A DNA stretch of 64,000 nt from Bacteroidota bacterium (GTDB lineage: Bacteria > Bacteroidota > Bacteroidia > B-17B0 > Aurantibacillaceae), in NCBI GenBank assembly GCA_013288015.1, contig JABDCR010000006.1, positions 7,752-71,751 on the forward strand, read 5' to 3'. The notes beneath the pieces are model-generated. The model made no database searches and was not told where the DNA came from. It saw only the letters and a list, made by a program, of their open reading frames with translations. The number at the start of each line of letters is the position of its first letter. The first letter of the stretch is position 1. Positions 1 through 9,973 of this stretch are shown here, piece after piece. A program made the translations under genes and the position numbers.

Positions 1-353
1 CCTAATGCACAAGTGCTATGTACATCGTGCCCACAGGCATGCATGATGCCTTCATTAACAGATTTATAGGATACTTCGTTTTTTTCCAAAATAGGTAAAG
101 CATCCATATCGCCACGCAACAGTACACATTTTTTATTTGGGTTTTTCCCTTTAATAAGGGCAACTATACCAGTATTTACAATCCCAGCTTCGTGTTCTAT
201 ACGATGCTTAATAAGTTGTGTGCTAATGTATCTCGATGTTTCAACCTCTTTAAAAGATAGTTCAGGATTAGTGTGTAAATGCCTGCGTACATCAACTAAG
301 TAAGGGAAATAATGTTTTGCTTTTTGTTTAATTTCTGTTGCTAAATCGGCCAT
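1..353 (-). CDS. M20D family amidohydrolase, N-terminal part (runs off window start; not in ORF track)
   Basis: Manual translation from ATG at 353: MADLATEIKQKAKHYFPYLVDVRRHLHTNPELSFKEVETS...LLRGDMDALPI...MHACGHDVH, with the RRxLHxxPEL, RxDMDALP and MHACGHD motifs of M20D amidohydrolases. Confidence 0.9.
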   Translation of the reverse strand, partial: MADLATEIKQKAKHYFPYLVDVRRHLHTNPELSFKEVETSRYISTQLIKHRIEHEAGIVNTGIVALIKGKNPNKKCVLLRGDMDALPILEKNEVSYKSVNEGIMHACGHDVHSTCAL

Positions 354-359
354 TTAAAA

Positions 360-752
360 TTATTTCCAGATTAGCATTTTAAGTCCCATTAAAACCATAA
401 AGGCGGCAAATATTTTTTTAACCACATTTTGGTCAAGAGATATAGCTACTTTAGAACCTATAAAACCACCTAATAAAAAAGAACTTGCAATTATTAAAGC
501 TACTTTCCAATCAACATATCCTTTTTGATAGTAATTCATTACAGCAAAAATCCCTGTAGGTAAAAGAAGAATTGAAAGTGATGTACCCTGTGCCATTTGC
601 TGGTTAAAACTTAAAAAATATACCAAAGCAGGAACTATAATGATACCACCCCCAACACCTACCAGGCCGCTTAAACAGCCTGCTGCTAAGCCAATGCAGA
701 GCAGAATTAAAATGTTTTCCATAGATAATTTTTTATTAGTTAGGTTGTCCAT
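360..752 (-). CDS. TSUP (TauE/SafE) family membrane protein, half-size
   Basis: GxxAGxLSGLVGVGGGIIIVPAL and AQGTSL motifs, hydrophobic; likely real start is the second Met (MENILILL). Confidence 0.85.
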   Translation of the reverse strand: MDNLTNKKLSMENILILLCIGLAAGCLSGLVGVGGGIIIVPALVYFLSFNQQMAQGTSLSILLLPTGIFAVMNYYQKGYVDWKVALIIASSFLLGGFIGSKVAISLDQNVVKKIFAAFMVLMGLKMLIWK

Positions 753-3700
753 TAAAAATCGGTTGTAAGCGAAAAATAAATTACTCTTTTTTGATTAGTA
801 TAATTATCTACCCCCCATGAAAAATCTAAACGTACAAAATAACCAAGTAACCGCGAGCGTAAACCAACACCATAACCAGCTATAATAGGCTGCTTAGGCT
901 CGTTAATAACCACTTTAATAGGGTTGTTATAAAACGAATATTGGTTGGTAGTATTTTCTTTACTGAAAGGATTTGTACCATACCAGCACATACCCAAATC
1001 AAAGAAAGGGATAATTTGAAAATTGTTTAAAATATCTGAACGTAAAGGATGATTTGCTAAATATTTAAAAAGCGGTATCCGTAATTCTGAATTTAAAACC
1101 ACAAAATTATTTCCGTTTCGTGCATTTTGGTTAAAGCCACGCATGTTAGTAGCTAACGTTTGAAAACCGTAAGTTTCAGGATGTTTTATTTGCTCTTCTC
1201 CATTAAACTTAGGTGCTATTTGATTATCCACTCCGCCTAAGTAATAGCAAATTCTATCGGTTCCCCATGAGCTTGCACCTGCCAAACGATTTGCCCAAAT
1301 TATATCGCGATGTACTTTTAAATAATGTCTTATATCAAATCCGGCATTAATCATGTCTTGACGAGTTCCTAAATCATGGATATTTATTCCACGATAATAT
1401 TCTCCAAATATTTTTAAGCGCCAACCATTATATAAATTTAAACCCTTAGGACGTGTGTTATCAAACACATACTCCATTTTTAAGCCGGCCCAGTTATCAT
1501 ATGCATTTGGTTTTGCAAGCGAATAATCATCTTGTGCAGTGTAAAGTGTTTTATCGTTTCTGTAACTTATAGTGCCTTTAATGCTTGATACTTCGTTAAT
1601 TGGATATTTTAATTTGTACTGTGCATCGTGTGTTAAAACTTTTACGATATACCCATTATCATTAATAGATGGCAATGAAAGACGATGTAACACCAATTGT
1701 TTGTCCCATAATTTTTTTCTTCGCTCAATGCTTACAAAATATTCATTGTTTAAATTAATTCCCATACGCATTCCGGCACTTATGCGATAATCTTCAAATA
1801 AATCGCTGGTGGCAAGTTTTAAAAAAACATTAAGTCCGGGGTTTACATAATAGCCTGTAAATTTTTCATACGTCTGATTTAAAAAAGAATTATCTAACTG
1901 AGCAGTAACTTGGTCAACCGAAAAATTTACATAATAATTTTCTTGCTTAGGTAATTGAAACCCACTTTTGGTTTGATTGCTTGTTGCTGTTGTATTTTGA
2001 CCATCTACAGGAGAAGTATTGGTAGTTTGTGGTTTTGATATAGTCTTATATTTTGAGTTGTTGTTTTTGAAAGAGTAATTATTTATATCAACTGCGCCTG
2101 AATTGTTTTCTTGAGCAGGGGTTGTTGTTTCTGTTTGATTATCTGTAGAATTAGCAGCCGCATTTTGTGCTTTTGCTTTTGCAGCATAGTTTTGTGCACG
2201 CCTAAAATAGGTGTTTTTTAAATTGTAATTTTTATCTACATCCTTTTTGTTGATTTGATTAATGTACATGTACTGTAATCCATTCACATAAAAAATCTCA
2301 GCTACCTTATTGGCTTTTATATTTACATCCTGCTCAAGTATACTGGTTTTATTATTTGAAATGGGGTGCGAGTTAAACACGTATCGATAATGCTCCGTAG
2401 TATCTACAAAAGATATAACACTATCCAACTTTGCAACAAACCTGTTTTTAATTCCGTTTTGGTCGCTTAGATAAGTAAAATAGCCATCATAAAAATCACT
2501 GGGTTGGCTTTCCTGAATATTTTTAGAATCGGTTACCCTGTAAAGCAGTTTAGATTTTGTTTTACAATCGTATAAAAATATGTTATGAAATTTTGTTTGT
2601 GGAAACTCAAACTTATCGTTGTCACTTTCTTTAATAGTATCATGCGTGCGATTAGATGCAAATGCAATTTGATTTCCTTTATTAATAAAAGTAGGCGTTT
2701 CGTCATCCCAAATGTCGTTTGTTATTTGCTCAAGTCCACCTGCGTTTATTTGATAAATAAATAAATCACTTTGCCCTTTTGCTTTTTTTACGGCAGTCAT
2801 CACTAATTTTTTTCCATCCGGGCTGTAAGAAAATGCTTTCACTTTTTCTATACCTGTAATAGGTCTATCAACCATGTCTTTATCCTCAATGCTATAAGTG
2901 GTTAAATAAATTACTCCCTTTTTTTCATGTACCATAGCAAATACTTTTCCGCTAGGGTGCCATGCCAATAAAGGATATGTAAGATCATTCAATCGTTCTA
3001 CTTTTGGACCCCATTTAACAATGCGCTTTTCTTTTCCGGTGGTTAAATCTTTTAAATAAACGCGGTGCTGACTCATTTCATTACGCGCATAAATAACTTG
3101 GTTTCCATCAGGGCTAATTTTTAATTGATAATAATCTCTAGTTGATTTTGGTTTTAAAACAACAGGGTCTTGCGTAGGGAAAGTTTGTGTAGTATCTTTT
3201 TTCATGGCATTGCGTGAACGTGCATCAATCCACTCGTATAATAAACCTTGTGTATTATTGCCTACCACAAACATAAATGCGTTCTCAATATTCCGAGAAA
3301 CTTTGGTCATATATAAAATATTTGCAATGCTCGATTCGCCATAGGTTTCAGCCACGTGTTGCCACAATCCGCGTCCAACTGTAGCAGCATCTTTATCGCT
3401 TATGCGAGCCAGTTTATAATATCTATCAAATATAACCCCGTCACTTACAATGTTGTCAACATTGGTATCCCAACCTTCAGAAAGATAAGCTATCAGTCCT
3501 TTTTTATACCAATCGGGTATAATTAAAAATGTGGAGTTAAACATGGTTTTGACTGCTCCGCCGCCGTATAACACTTCATTAATAAGTGTTTCGGCAATGC
3601 CTGCGCGAATTTGACGATCTAAATCAGCCAAGTTCCCATTAAAATAAACACTTAGTTTTGTTCCTACTGTTTTTGATGTACCACCTGTATTACTTACCAA

Positions 3701-4030
3701 ATCGGTAGATAAACCTAAGTTAGTCTGTCTAAAATCACCTTGATTACTGTAAACCAGTATTTGAAATTTTGTACTACTTTGGTAATCTATTTTTTTCTGT
3801 AAATCTTTTAAATGATAATCTGCCCTCAGAGAAACGTATCTGGCTATATCGCGACAGCCTTCGTAAAAATAGACCTGATAATTATCAAAATTATAATAAG
3901 TCCAATAAAAAGGCTGATACTGTACCCTGCTTTTACCAAATTCTTGCTGAGAACCATAATAAAATTGTCCGTAAAAAAACGTAGGAAATAAAATGAGGGC
4001 TAAGAGTATATTGTTCTTTATAAAACGCAT
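752..4030 (-). CDS. Outer-membrane protein: TolB-like/PD40 beta-propeller repeats plus C-terminal Omp85/BamA-like barrel
   Basis: Signal peptide; SPDG/WHPSG/YSPDGKK propeller repeats; barrel motifs MRGF...NSELRIP and GYGVGLR; C-terminal Phe. Confidence 0.75.
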   Translation of the reverse strand: MRFIKNNILLALILFPTFFYGQFYYGSQQEFGKSRVQYQPFYWTYYNFDNYQVYFYEGCRDIARYVSLRADYHLKDLQKKIDYQSSTKFQILVYSNQGDFRQTNLGLSTDLVSNTGGTSKTVGTKLSVYFNGNLADLDRQIRAGIAETLINEVLYGGGAVKTMFNSTFLIIPDWYKKGLIAYLSEGWDTNVDNIVSDGVIFDRYYKLARISDKDAATVGRGLWQHVAETYGESSIANILYMTKVSRNIENAFMFVVGNNTQGLLYEWIDARSRNAMKKDTTQTFPTQDPVVLKPKSTRDYYQLKISPDGNQVIYARNEMSQHRVYLKDLTTGKEKRIVKWGPKVERLNDLTYPLLAWHPSGKVFAMVHEKKGVIYLTTYSIEDKDMVDRPITGIEKVKAFSYSPDGKKLVMTAVKKAKGQSDLFIYQINAGGLEQITNDIWDDETPTFINKGNQIAFASNRTHDTIKESDNDKFEFPQTKFHNIFLYDCKTKSKLLYRVTDSKNIQESQPSDFYDGYFTYLSDQNGIKNRFVAKLDSVISFVDTTEHYRYVFNSHPISNNKTSILEQDVNIKANKVAEIFYVNGLQYMYINQINKKDVDKNYNLKNTYFRRAQNYAAKAKAQNAAANSTDNQTETTTPAQENNSGAVDINNYSFKNNNSKYKTISKPQTTNTSPVDGQNTTATSNQTKSGFQLPKQENYYVNFSVDQVTAQLDNSFLNQTYEKFTGYYVNPGLNVFLKLATSDLFEDYRISAGMRMGINLNNEYFVSIERRKKLWDKQLVLHRLSLPSINDNGYIVKVLTHDAQYKLKYPINEVSSIKGTISYRNDKTLYTAQDDYSLAKPNAYDNWAGLKMEYVFDNTRPKGLNLYNGWRLKIFGEYYRGINIHDLGTRQDMINAGFDIRHYLKVHRDIIWANRLAGASSWGTDRICYYLGGVDNQIAPKFNGEEQIKHPETYGFQTLATNMRGFNQNARNGNNFVVLNSELRIPLFKYLANHPLRSDILNNFQIIPFFDLGMCWYGTNPFSKENTTNQYSFYNNPIKVVINEPKQPIIAGYGVGLRSRLLGYFVRLDFSWGVDNYTNQKRVIYFSLTTDF

Positions 4031-4128
4031 ATGGTAAAGGGTAAAAGTAGTAATTTTTTAACCCCAAAAGCTTAAAAAATGTTAGAACTAGGTTAAAATT
4101 TAGAGAAAGATAATCTTACTAAAAAAGC

Positions 4129-4136
4129 TAACTTTG
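4129..4136 (+). promoter_or_regulatory. Bacteroidota -7 promoter box for purF
   Basis: TAACTTTG matches TAnnTTTG, 7 nt before the ATG. Confidence 0.6.
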
Positions 4137-4143
4137 CAGCACC

Positions 4144-6042
4144 ATGAGCGATAAGATTAATCACGAGTGCGGCATTGTACTCATCCGCCTTTTAAAACCA
4201 CTACCTTATTACCGAAAAAAATATGGCTCGGCTCGTTTCGGGCTTCATAAGCTTTATTTGGTAATGGAAAAAATGATAAACCGTGGGCAGGATGGGGCTG
4301 GTGTTGCTACAATTAAGTTAGATACAGAGCCTGGTACACAGTATATAGATAGGCTCCGTTCGGTTCGCACACGCGCTACATTAGATATTTTTACCCAAAT
4401 ACACGATAATTTTAACGACGCAAAAAAACAATCTCCTGATGAGTATAATGAAGTAGATTGGCAGAAAAAGAATCTCCCTTTTTTGGGTGAGTTATTGATA
4501 GGACATTTACGCTACGGTACTTTCGGAAAAAATAATATTGAAAGCTGTCACCCGTTTTTACGTCAAAATAATTGGAAAACACGTAACTTGGTTGTTGCCG
4601 GAAACTTTAATTTAACCAATGTTGATGAGCTTTTTGAACATTTGGTTGAATTGGGTCAGCATCCACGAGAAAAAGCCGATACAGTTACCGTGATGGAAAA
4701 AATTGGTCATTTTTTAGAAGTAGAAAATGATAAATTGTTTCGCATATATAAGGCTCAAGGTTATAACAATGCTGAAATTTCTAACCTTATTGCAAAAAAT
4801 TTAGATGTGGCAGCAATTCTTACAGAAGCAAGCAAACGATGGGATGGTGGTTATGTTATAGGAGGCTTAATTGGGCACGGAGATGCCTTTGTTTTGCGCG
4901 ACCCAAATGGCATTCGACCTGCTTTTTATTATCATGATGATGAAATTGCGGTAGTCTGTTCAGAACGTCCTATTATTCAAACTGTGTTTGATATTAAGAT
5001 AGATGATGTAAAAGAAGTTAAACCCGGATATGCTGTTATTATTAAAAAAGATGGTACTGTAACCGAGGAACAAATTAACGAACCTCAAAAAAAATTGGCC
5101 TGTTCTTTCGAGCGCATTTATTTTTCGCGTGGTAACGATGCAGGTATATATTCAGAGCGCCATAGTCTTGGTTCCAATATGGTAGAACCTGTTTTAAAAG
5201 CCATTAATGGGGATTTGGTAAATACGGTTTTTAGTTATATTCCTAACACAGCCGAAGTTGCTTTTGGTGGCTTGGTTGATGGCATGCGCGACCATTTAAA
5301 CAGAGAGAAAACAAAAAAACTTACTACAGATAAAAATTTATCTGCTAAAGAAATTAATGACTTACTGGATGTACACCCACGCATAGAAAAAATTGTTTTA
5401 AAAGATGCTAAGCAACGCACCTTTATTACTGATGATGCACACCGTGATGATTTGGTGAGTTTGGTTTATGACATTACGTATGGCATAATTCGTAAAGGTG
5501 TTGACACATTAGTGGTAATGGATGACTCTATTGTTAGAGGAACTACACTAAAACAAAGCATTCTAAAAATATTAGATAGGCTTGAGCCTAAAAAAATAGT
5601 AGTGGTTTCATCTGCCCCTCAAATTCGCTTTCCTGATTGTTATGGGATTGATATGGCGGTACTAAATAAATTTATTGCTTTTGAAGCGGCTATTGCTTTA
5701 TTAAAAGAACGTGGTAAGGAAAATGTTATTGAGCAGGTGTATGAAAAAGCAAAAGCGCAATTAGCCCTTGCAAAAGAAGAGCAGGTTAATGTGGTAAAAG
5801 AAATTTACAGTTCGTTTACAGCGCAAGAAGTATCAGATAAAATTGCTCAGCTACTTAAACCAAAAGATTTAAAATCGGAGTTGCAAATTATTTATCAATC
5901 TATTGAAGGCTTACATAGTTCTTGCCCTAACAACTTAGGTGATTGGTATTTTACCGGTAATTATCCAACACCCGGTGGTAACAAAGTAGCTAATAAAGCC
6001 TTTGTACATTTTATGGAAGGCAAACTTATCAGAGCCTATTAA
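4144..6042 (+). CDS. purF: Amidophosphoribosyltransferase (Bacteroidota long form)
   Basis: Propeptide followed by HECG, NRGQDGAG, GHLRYGT, CSFERIYFSR, PRPP loop VMDDSIVRGTT. Confidence 0.92.
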   Translation: MSDKINHECGIVLIRLLKPLPYYRKKYGSARFGLHKLYLVMEKMINRGQDGAGVATIKLDTEPGTQYIDRLRSVRTRATLDIFTQIHDNFNDAKKQSPDEYNEVDWQKKNLPFLGELLIGHLRYGTFGKNNIESCHPFLRQNNWKTRNLVVAGNFNLTNVDELFEHLVELGQHPREKADTVTVMEKIGHFLEVENDKLFRIYKAQGYNNAEISNLIAKNLDVAAILTEASKRWDGGYVIGGLIGHGDAFVLRDPNGIRPAFYYHDDEIAVVCSERPIIQTVFDIKIDDVKEVKPGYAVIIKKDGTVTEEQINEPQKKLACSFERIYFSRGNDAGIYSERHSLGSNMVEPVLKAINGDLVNTVFSYIPNTAEVAFGGLVDGMRDHLNREKTKKLTTDKNLSAKEINDLLDVHPRIEKIVLKDAKQRTFITDDAHRDDLVSLVYDITYGIIRKGVDTLVVMDDSIVRGTTLKQSILKILDRLEPKKIVVVSSAPQIRFPDCYGIDMAVLNKFIAFEAAIALLKERGKENVIEQVYEKAKAQLALAKEEQVNVVKEIYSSFTAQEVSDKIAQLLKPKDLKSELQIIYQSIEGLHSSCPNNLGDWYFTGNYPTPGGNKVANKAFVHFMEGKLIRAY

Positions 6043-6048
6043 ACATTT

Positions 6049-6924
6049 ATGCAGGCTGTAATTTATTACATAGCACTTCCTTTTCTGTATTTAGTTTCTC
6101 TTCTTCCTTTTTGGTTAATGTATCGGGTGTCCGACTTGTTTTTTGTAATCATGTACTATGTATTAGGTTATAGAAAAAAAGTTGTGATGGAAAATCTCCG
6201 CAATTCATTTCCTGAAAAAACCGAGCAAGAACTGAAAAAAATATGTGTAGATTTTTATAGATACTTATGCGATTTATTTTTAGAAACTTTTAAAACCCTT
6301 ACTGTAACTAAAAAAGCCATGCTTGCTCATTGTAAAATGAATGAAGATGCGCAAAAACTTTTCGATTCATACTATAATCAACAAAAAAGCATCATTATAG
6401 TAATGGGACATTTTGGTAATTGGGAGTGGGCAGGTGCTGTGTTTGATAATAGCAAACATCAGTTATATGTAATTTACCATCAGTTGCATAACGCCCATTT
6501 TAATAATCTGGTTATAAAAATGCGAACCCGCTTGGGCACAAAACTTATTGAAATGAAAAGCACCTTGCGTGATATGGTTACTAATCGTAAAGAAATAACT
6601 GCTACTGCTTTTATTGCCGACCAAACTCCATTTCCTGAAAATGCTTACTGGACAAGGTTTTTGAACCAAGATACTCCTGTGTTTACTGGTACCGAAAAAA
6701 TCGCGCAAAAATTTAATTACCCGGTTATATATGTAAGTATGAAAAGAAGTAAGCGGGGGCATTACGAAATTTTTGCAGAACTACTTTTTGATAATCCTAA
6801 AGAAACCAAAGAAGGCGAAATATCAGAAACACATACACGCAGATTGGAAAAAGACATTATAAAACAGCCCGAAATATGGCTATGGAGCCATCGCCGCTGG
6901 AAGCACAAAAGAAAAAGTAAGTAA
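6049..6924 (+). CDS. Lipid A late acyltransferase (LpxL/HtrB-like)
   Basis: GHFGNWEW, FIADQTP and PEIWLWSHRRWK motifs. Confidence 0.88.
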   Translation: MQAVIYYIALPFLYLVSLLPFWLMYRVSDLFFVIMYYVLGYRKKVVMENLRNSFPEKTEQELKKICVDFYRYLCDLFLETFKTLTVTKKAMLAHCKMNEDAQKLFDSYYNQQKSIIIVMGHFGNWEWAGAVFDNSKHQLYVIYHQLHNAHFNNLVIKMRTRLGTKLIEMKSTLRDMVTNRKEITATAFIADQTPFPENAYWTRFLNQDTPVFTGTEKIAQKFNYPVIYVSMKRSKRGHYEIFAELLFDNPKETKEGEISETHTRRLEKDIIKQPEIWLWSHRRWKHKRKSK

Positions 6925-6927
6925 GAA

Positions 6928-7752
6928 TTAGTGACTTCCTAAAACAGAAAGTAACTTATCAATTTGACTGTTCCACAAAAGTGTTGATGAATGCTTATCC
7001 TCAGGAGTATCAGCAAAATCAGCTACAATTAAAGAAATATCATTAGTCAAATCATCGCGCTCAATTCTAAATTCAAAATAGCTATTATCGCTTTTATCTA
7101 ACCATTGATAGCGCACTACACTTTCTTCAACAAATTTAATTAAACGGGCATTTTGTAAGTTCTCATCCCACTGGAAAGAATATACATTATCTCTGATATT
7201 TACATCATCGCAAAACCATTCAGACAAACCGCTTGGTGTAGTTAAAAACTCAAATAAAATTGGGGTAGAAGTGTGAATGATGTATTCTAATTCATATTTC
7301 CCAGGAGGATCCGGAATATGTTTTTCTGTTTTTTCTACTGTGTTTTTTTTAGCCGACTGAAAAATTGGTTTTAAGTTTTTATCAGATGCTGATTTTGTAA
7401 CAGCTACTTTTGATGGCTTGGCAACTTTAATAGGTTTTTCTGCTTTTTGTTTTTTTACAACAATAGCTTTTGCAATGGGTTTAGTAATTTTTTTTGCGGG
7501 AGCTGCTTTTTTAACTTGAACTTTTTTAGGCACTTTGGTTACTTTCTTTTTTGCAACCGGCTTAGCTACTTTTTTCTTTGCAACAACTTTTTTTGCCGTT
7601 TTAGGTTTCAATTTTTTAGCAGCAGGTTTTTTGGAGGCTATTTTTTTAACAACTTTACTTTTTTTAGCGGCAGATTTAGAAGATTTGGAATTGCCCGTTT
7701 TTTTCTTTGAAACGACCTTTTTAATCGTTTTTTTGCTTGTTTTTTTCGACAT
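6928..7752 (-). CDS. Lys/Ala-rich (histone H1-like) N-terminal region fused to a START-like domain
   Basis: ~145 aa K/A/V/P-rich tail, then YELEY...TPSGLSEWFCDDV...FQWD typical of Bacteroidota START-like proteins. Confidence 0.75.
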   Translation of the reverse strand: MSKKTSKKTIKKVVSKKKTGNSKSSKSAAKKSKVVKKIASKKPAAKKLKPKTAKKVVAKKKVAKPVAKKKVTKVPKKVQVKKAAPAKKITKPIAKAIVVKKQKAEKPIKVAKPSKVAVTKSASDKNLKPIFQSAKKNTVEKTEKHIPDPPGKYELEYIIHTSTPILFEFLTTPSGLSEWFCDDVNIRDNVYSFQWDENLQNARLIKFVEESVVRYQWLDKSDNSYFEFRIERDDLTNDISLIVADFADTPEDKHSSTLLWNSQIDKLLSVLGSH

Positions 7753-7835
7753 AATTGAAAATTTATAAAAATCTTAATTCGTTGCAATATAAAACAATTT
7801 TTTTATCTGCCAACAAATTATGTACTTTCTTTAAC

Positions 7836-9341
7836 TTAAATTAGGGTTAAAATTTCATTGGCTATAGTGCTGTTATTTTGTAAACGAGGCACTTTGTATT
7901 GTCCGCCCAGTTTGTTTTTACTACTTAACCATTTGTAAAAAGTTCCTTTGGGTAAATTCTTTATTTCAGGCAACTTTATTACGTAATTATTGTAACGTTT
8001 TGCCTCATAATCCGAGTTAATTTGCTTTAAGGTTTTATCAAGCACTTCAGTAAAAAAATCCAGGTTATTAGGCTCTTTTTCAAACTCAATCAACCATTGA
8101 TGTTTGCCTTGGTTTTCATCTGTAAACAAGGGCGATACGGTATATTCGTTTATTTGCGCATGGGTTTTTTCGCAGGCAACTTTTAAAGCTTGCTCGGCGT
8201 TGTGTATCATCAATTCTTCTCCAAAAACGTTTATGTAGTGCTTGGTTCGGCCGGTAATTATAAATCTATACGGACTTAACGAGGTAAACTGTATAGTATC
8301 TCCCAAGCAGTAACGCCATAAACCTGCATTGGTGGTTATAACCACTTCATATACAGTTTGTGTATCTACTTCTGCAATATGATACACCTTTGGGTTTACT
8401 TTATTTATTTCTTGTTGGGGTATAAATTCATAAAAAATGCCGTAATCCAGCATTAATAACATTTCCTCGCTGTTTGGTTGGTCTTGTAAGCCAATAAAAC
8501 CTTCTGAAGCATTGTAAACCTGCATATATTTTACTCCGCTATCTGCAAACAGCTTTTTAAACTGATTTTGATAAGGTGTAAAACTTACCCCGCCATGAAA
8601 ATAAACCTCCAAATTGGGCCAAATTTCTTTGATTGAGGTGGCGTTTTTGTATTGTAATATTCTGCGGGTTAAAACCAGCATCCAGGAAGGGACTCCGGCC
8701 ATACTGGTAACGTTTTCCTGCATGGTGGCACGCGCCATTTTATCTAGTTTTTCGTCCCAGTTTTCAAGTAAAGCAATCTCTAAATCAGGGGCTCTAAAAT
8801 ACTCAGCCCACACAGGTAAGTTTTGTATTACAATGGCACTTACATCGCCATGGTAAGACTCATAACTACCAGTATACTGTGTTTGATGGCTACCGCCAAG
8901 CGCCAGGTTTTTGCCTGTAAAAAGCTCAGTATCAGGGTTATTTACACAATGTAGCGTAACCATATCTCTGCCTCCTTTGTAATGGCAGCCATCTAAACTT
9001 TCTTTACTTACCGGTAAAAATTTGCTTTTATCGGTAGTGCCACTGCTTTTGGCAAACCATTTAATGTCGCTATTCCATAAAATATTTTGCTCGCCACGCC
9101 TAACTCGCTCAACAAAAGGTTTTAGTGTTTCATAATCTTGTAAGGGAACTTGCTCTTTAAAATTTTGGTACGAATTAATAGAAGAAAAATGGTGTTTTTT
9201 GCCAAATTCGGTGTCTCTGCCTGCCTTAATTAATTTACGTTGCCACTCATCTTGCACATCTTGCGGATATTTCATAAACAACTCTATTTGATGCATGCGT
9301 TTTTTCATGAACCAGCTTGCTATAGAGTTTATTAGGGCCAT
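7836..9341 (-). CDS. GH3 auxin-responsive promoter family (acyl-adenylate-forming) protein
   Basis: FAKSSGTT, YNASEGF, GLWRYxxGD, GQxKVPRL. Start moved to 9341 (MALINS) because a TATATTTG -7 box lies at 9351-9358 on the minus strand. Confidence 0.88.
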   Translation of the reverse strand: MALINSIASWFMKKRMHQIELFMKYPQDVQDEWQRKLIKAGRDTEFGKKHHFSSINSYQNFKEQVPLQDYETLKPFVERVRRGEQNILWNSDIKWFAKSSGTTDKSKFLPVSKESLDGCHYKGGRDMVTLHCVNNPDTELFTGKNLALGGSHQTQYTGSYESYHGDVSAIVIQNLPVWAEYFRAPDLEIALLENWDEKLDKMARATMQENVTSMAGVPSWMLVLTRRILQYKNATSIKEIWPNLEVYFHGGVSFTPYQNQFKKLFADSGVKYMQVYNASEGFIGLQDQPNSEEMLLMLDYGIFYEFIPQQEINKVNPKVYHIAEVDTQTVYEVVITTNAGLWRYCLGDTIQFTSLSPYRFIITGRTKHYINVFGEELMIHNAEQALKVACEKTHAQINEYTVSPLFTDENQGKHQWLIEFEKEPNNLDFFTEVLDKTLKQINSDYEAKRYNNYVIKLPEIKNLPKGTFYKWLSSKNKLGGQYKVPRLQNNSTIANEILTLI

Positions 9342-9414
9342 TTTGGTTGACAAATATAATGTTAAAAAATACCTCATCTAAGGCAAAAAGACATTCATCT
9401 AATATAATTTAACG

Positions 9415-9422
9415 CTTAGGTA
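9415..9422. repeat. Target-site duplication, left copy (CTTAGGTA)
   Basis: Identical to 11909-11916 and directly abuts the left inverted repeat. Confidence 0.9.
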
Positions 9423-9486
9423 GGTACTGTCTCACTTTAAAATTAACATTTTTCTCTTTAAATCTTGTAAAATCGTAAATTTATAT

Positions 9487-9756
9487 ATGGGTAAGAAAAC
9501 ACTTACAAAACGTCCAACGGACGCGAATCAGTTAGCTAAACTAATAGTAGATGCTGCTACTAAAAAAGAAAATCTTGAAAAAATAGATTCTATTGAATTA
9601 AAAAATGGATGGGTATGCGTTTATTACACAAACAAGAAGGGTGAGAAAGAATATTTAAAAACGGGTGAGAAAGGGTTTATAGCTATAATAGAAACTCATC
9701 GAGATCGCTGTCAGAAAGAGACTTCTCGGCTTCAGAAAAATTCGAAAAAGAAGTAA
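9487..9756 (+). CDS. Small basic IS-associated protein
   Basis: N-terminal KRPTDANQLAKLIVDAAT resembles the KRPRDxNQLAKxIVDIAT small proteins I recall beside IS1-family transposases; lies just inside the left inverted repeat. Confidence 0.6.
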   Translation: MGKKTLTKRPTDANQLAKLIVDAATKKENLEKIDSIELKNGWVCVYYTNKKGEKEYLKTGEKGFIAIIETHRDRCQKETSRLQKNSKKK

Positions 9757-9928
9757 TTAACTCATTAATTCTTGTTCTTATGTTTCTGGGTAATTTATTT
9801 GTTTGCCCAAAATCAGCGTTAAACTGCATACTATTTGGAAATACAGAAATACAATCTTTTATTTTTAAGTTATTTTCCTTAAAAAATGAAAATTCTTTTT
9901 CAAGTTCTTTGAATGGATTACGTTTCAT
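9683..9928 (-). CDS. Hypothetical passenger protein (81 aa)
   Basis: ATG-started ORF co-oriented with the upstream passenger genes; overlaps 9487-9756 convergently. Confidence 0.4.
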   Translation of the reverse strand: MKRNPFKELEKEFSFFKENNLKIKDCISVFPNSMQFNADFGQTNKLPRNIRTRINELITSFSNFSEAEKSLSDSDLDEFLL

Positions 9929-9973
9929 ACTTTTTATTCAAAAGTATAAATTACTTGCTTTTAAAAAAGAGTA

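Noticed and set aside
7447-7768. Phe/Leu-rich plus-strand ORFs 7447-7710 and 7535-7768
   Set aside because: Antisense shadows of the AAA-rich lysine tail of 6928-7752
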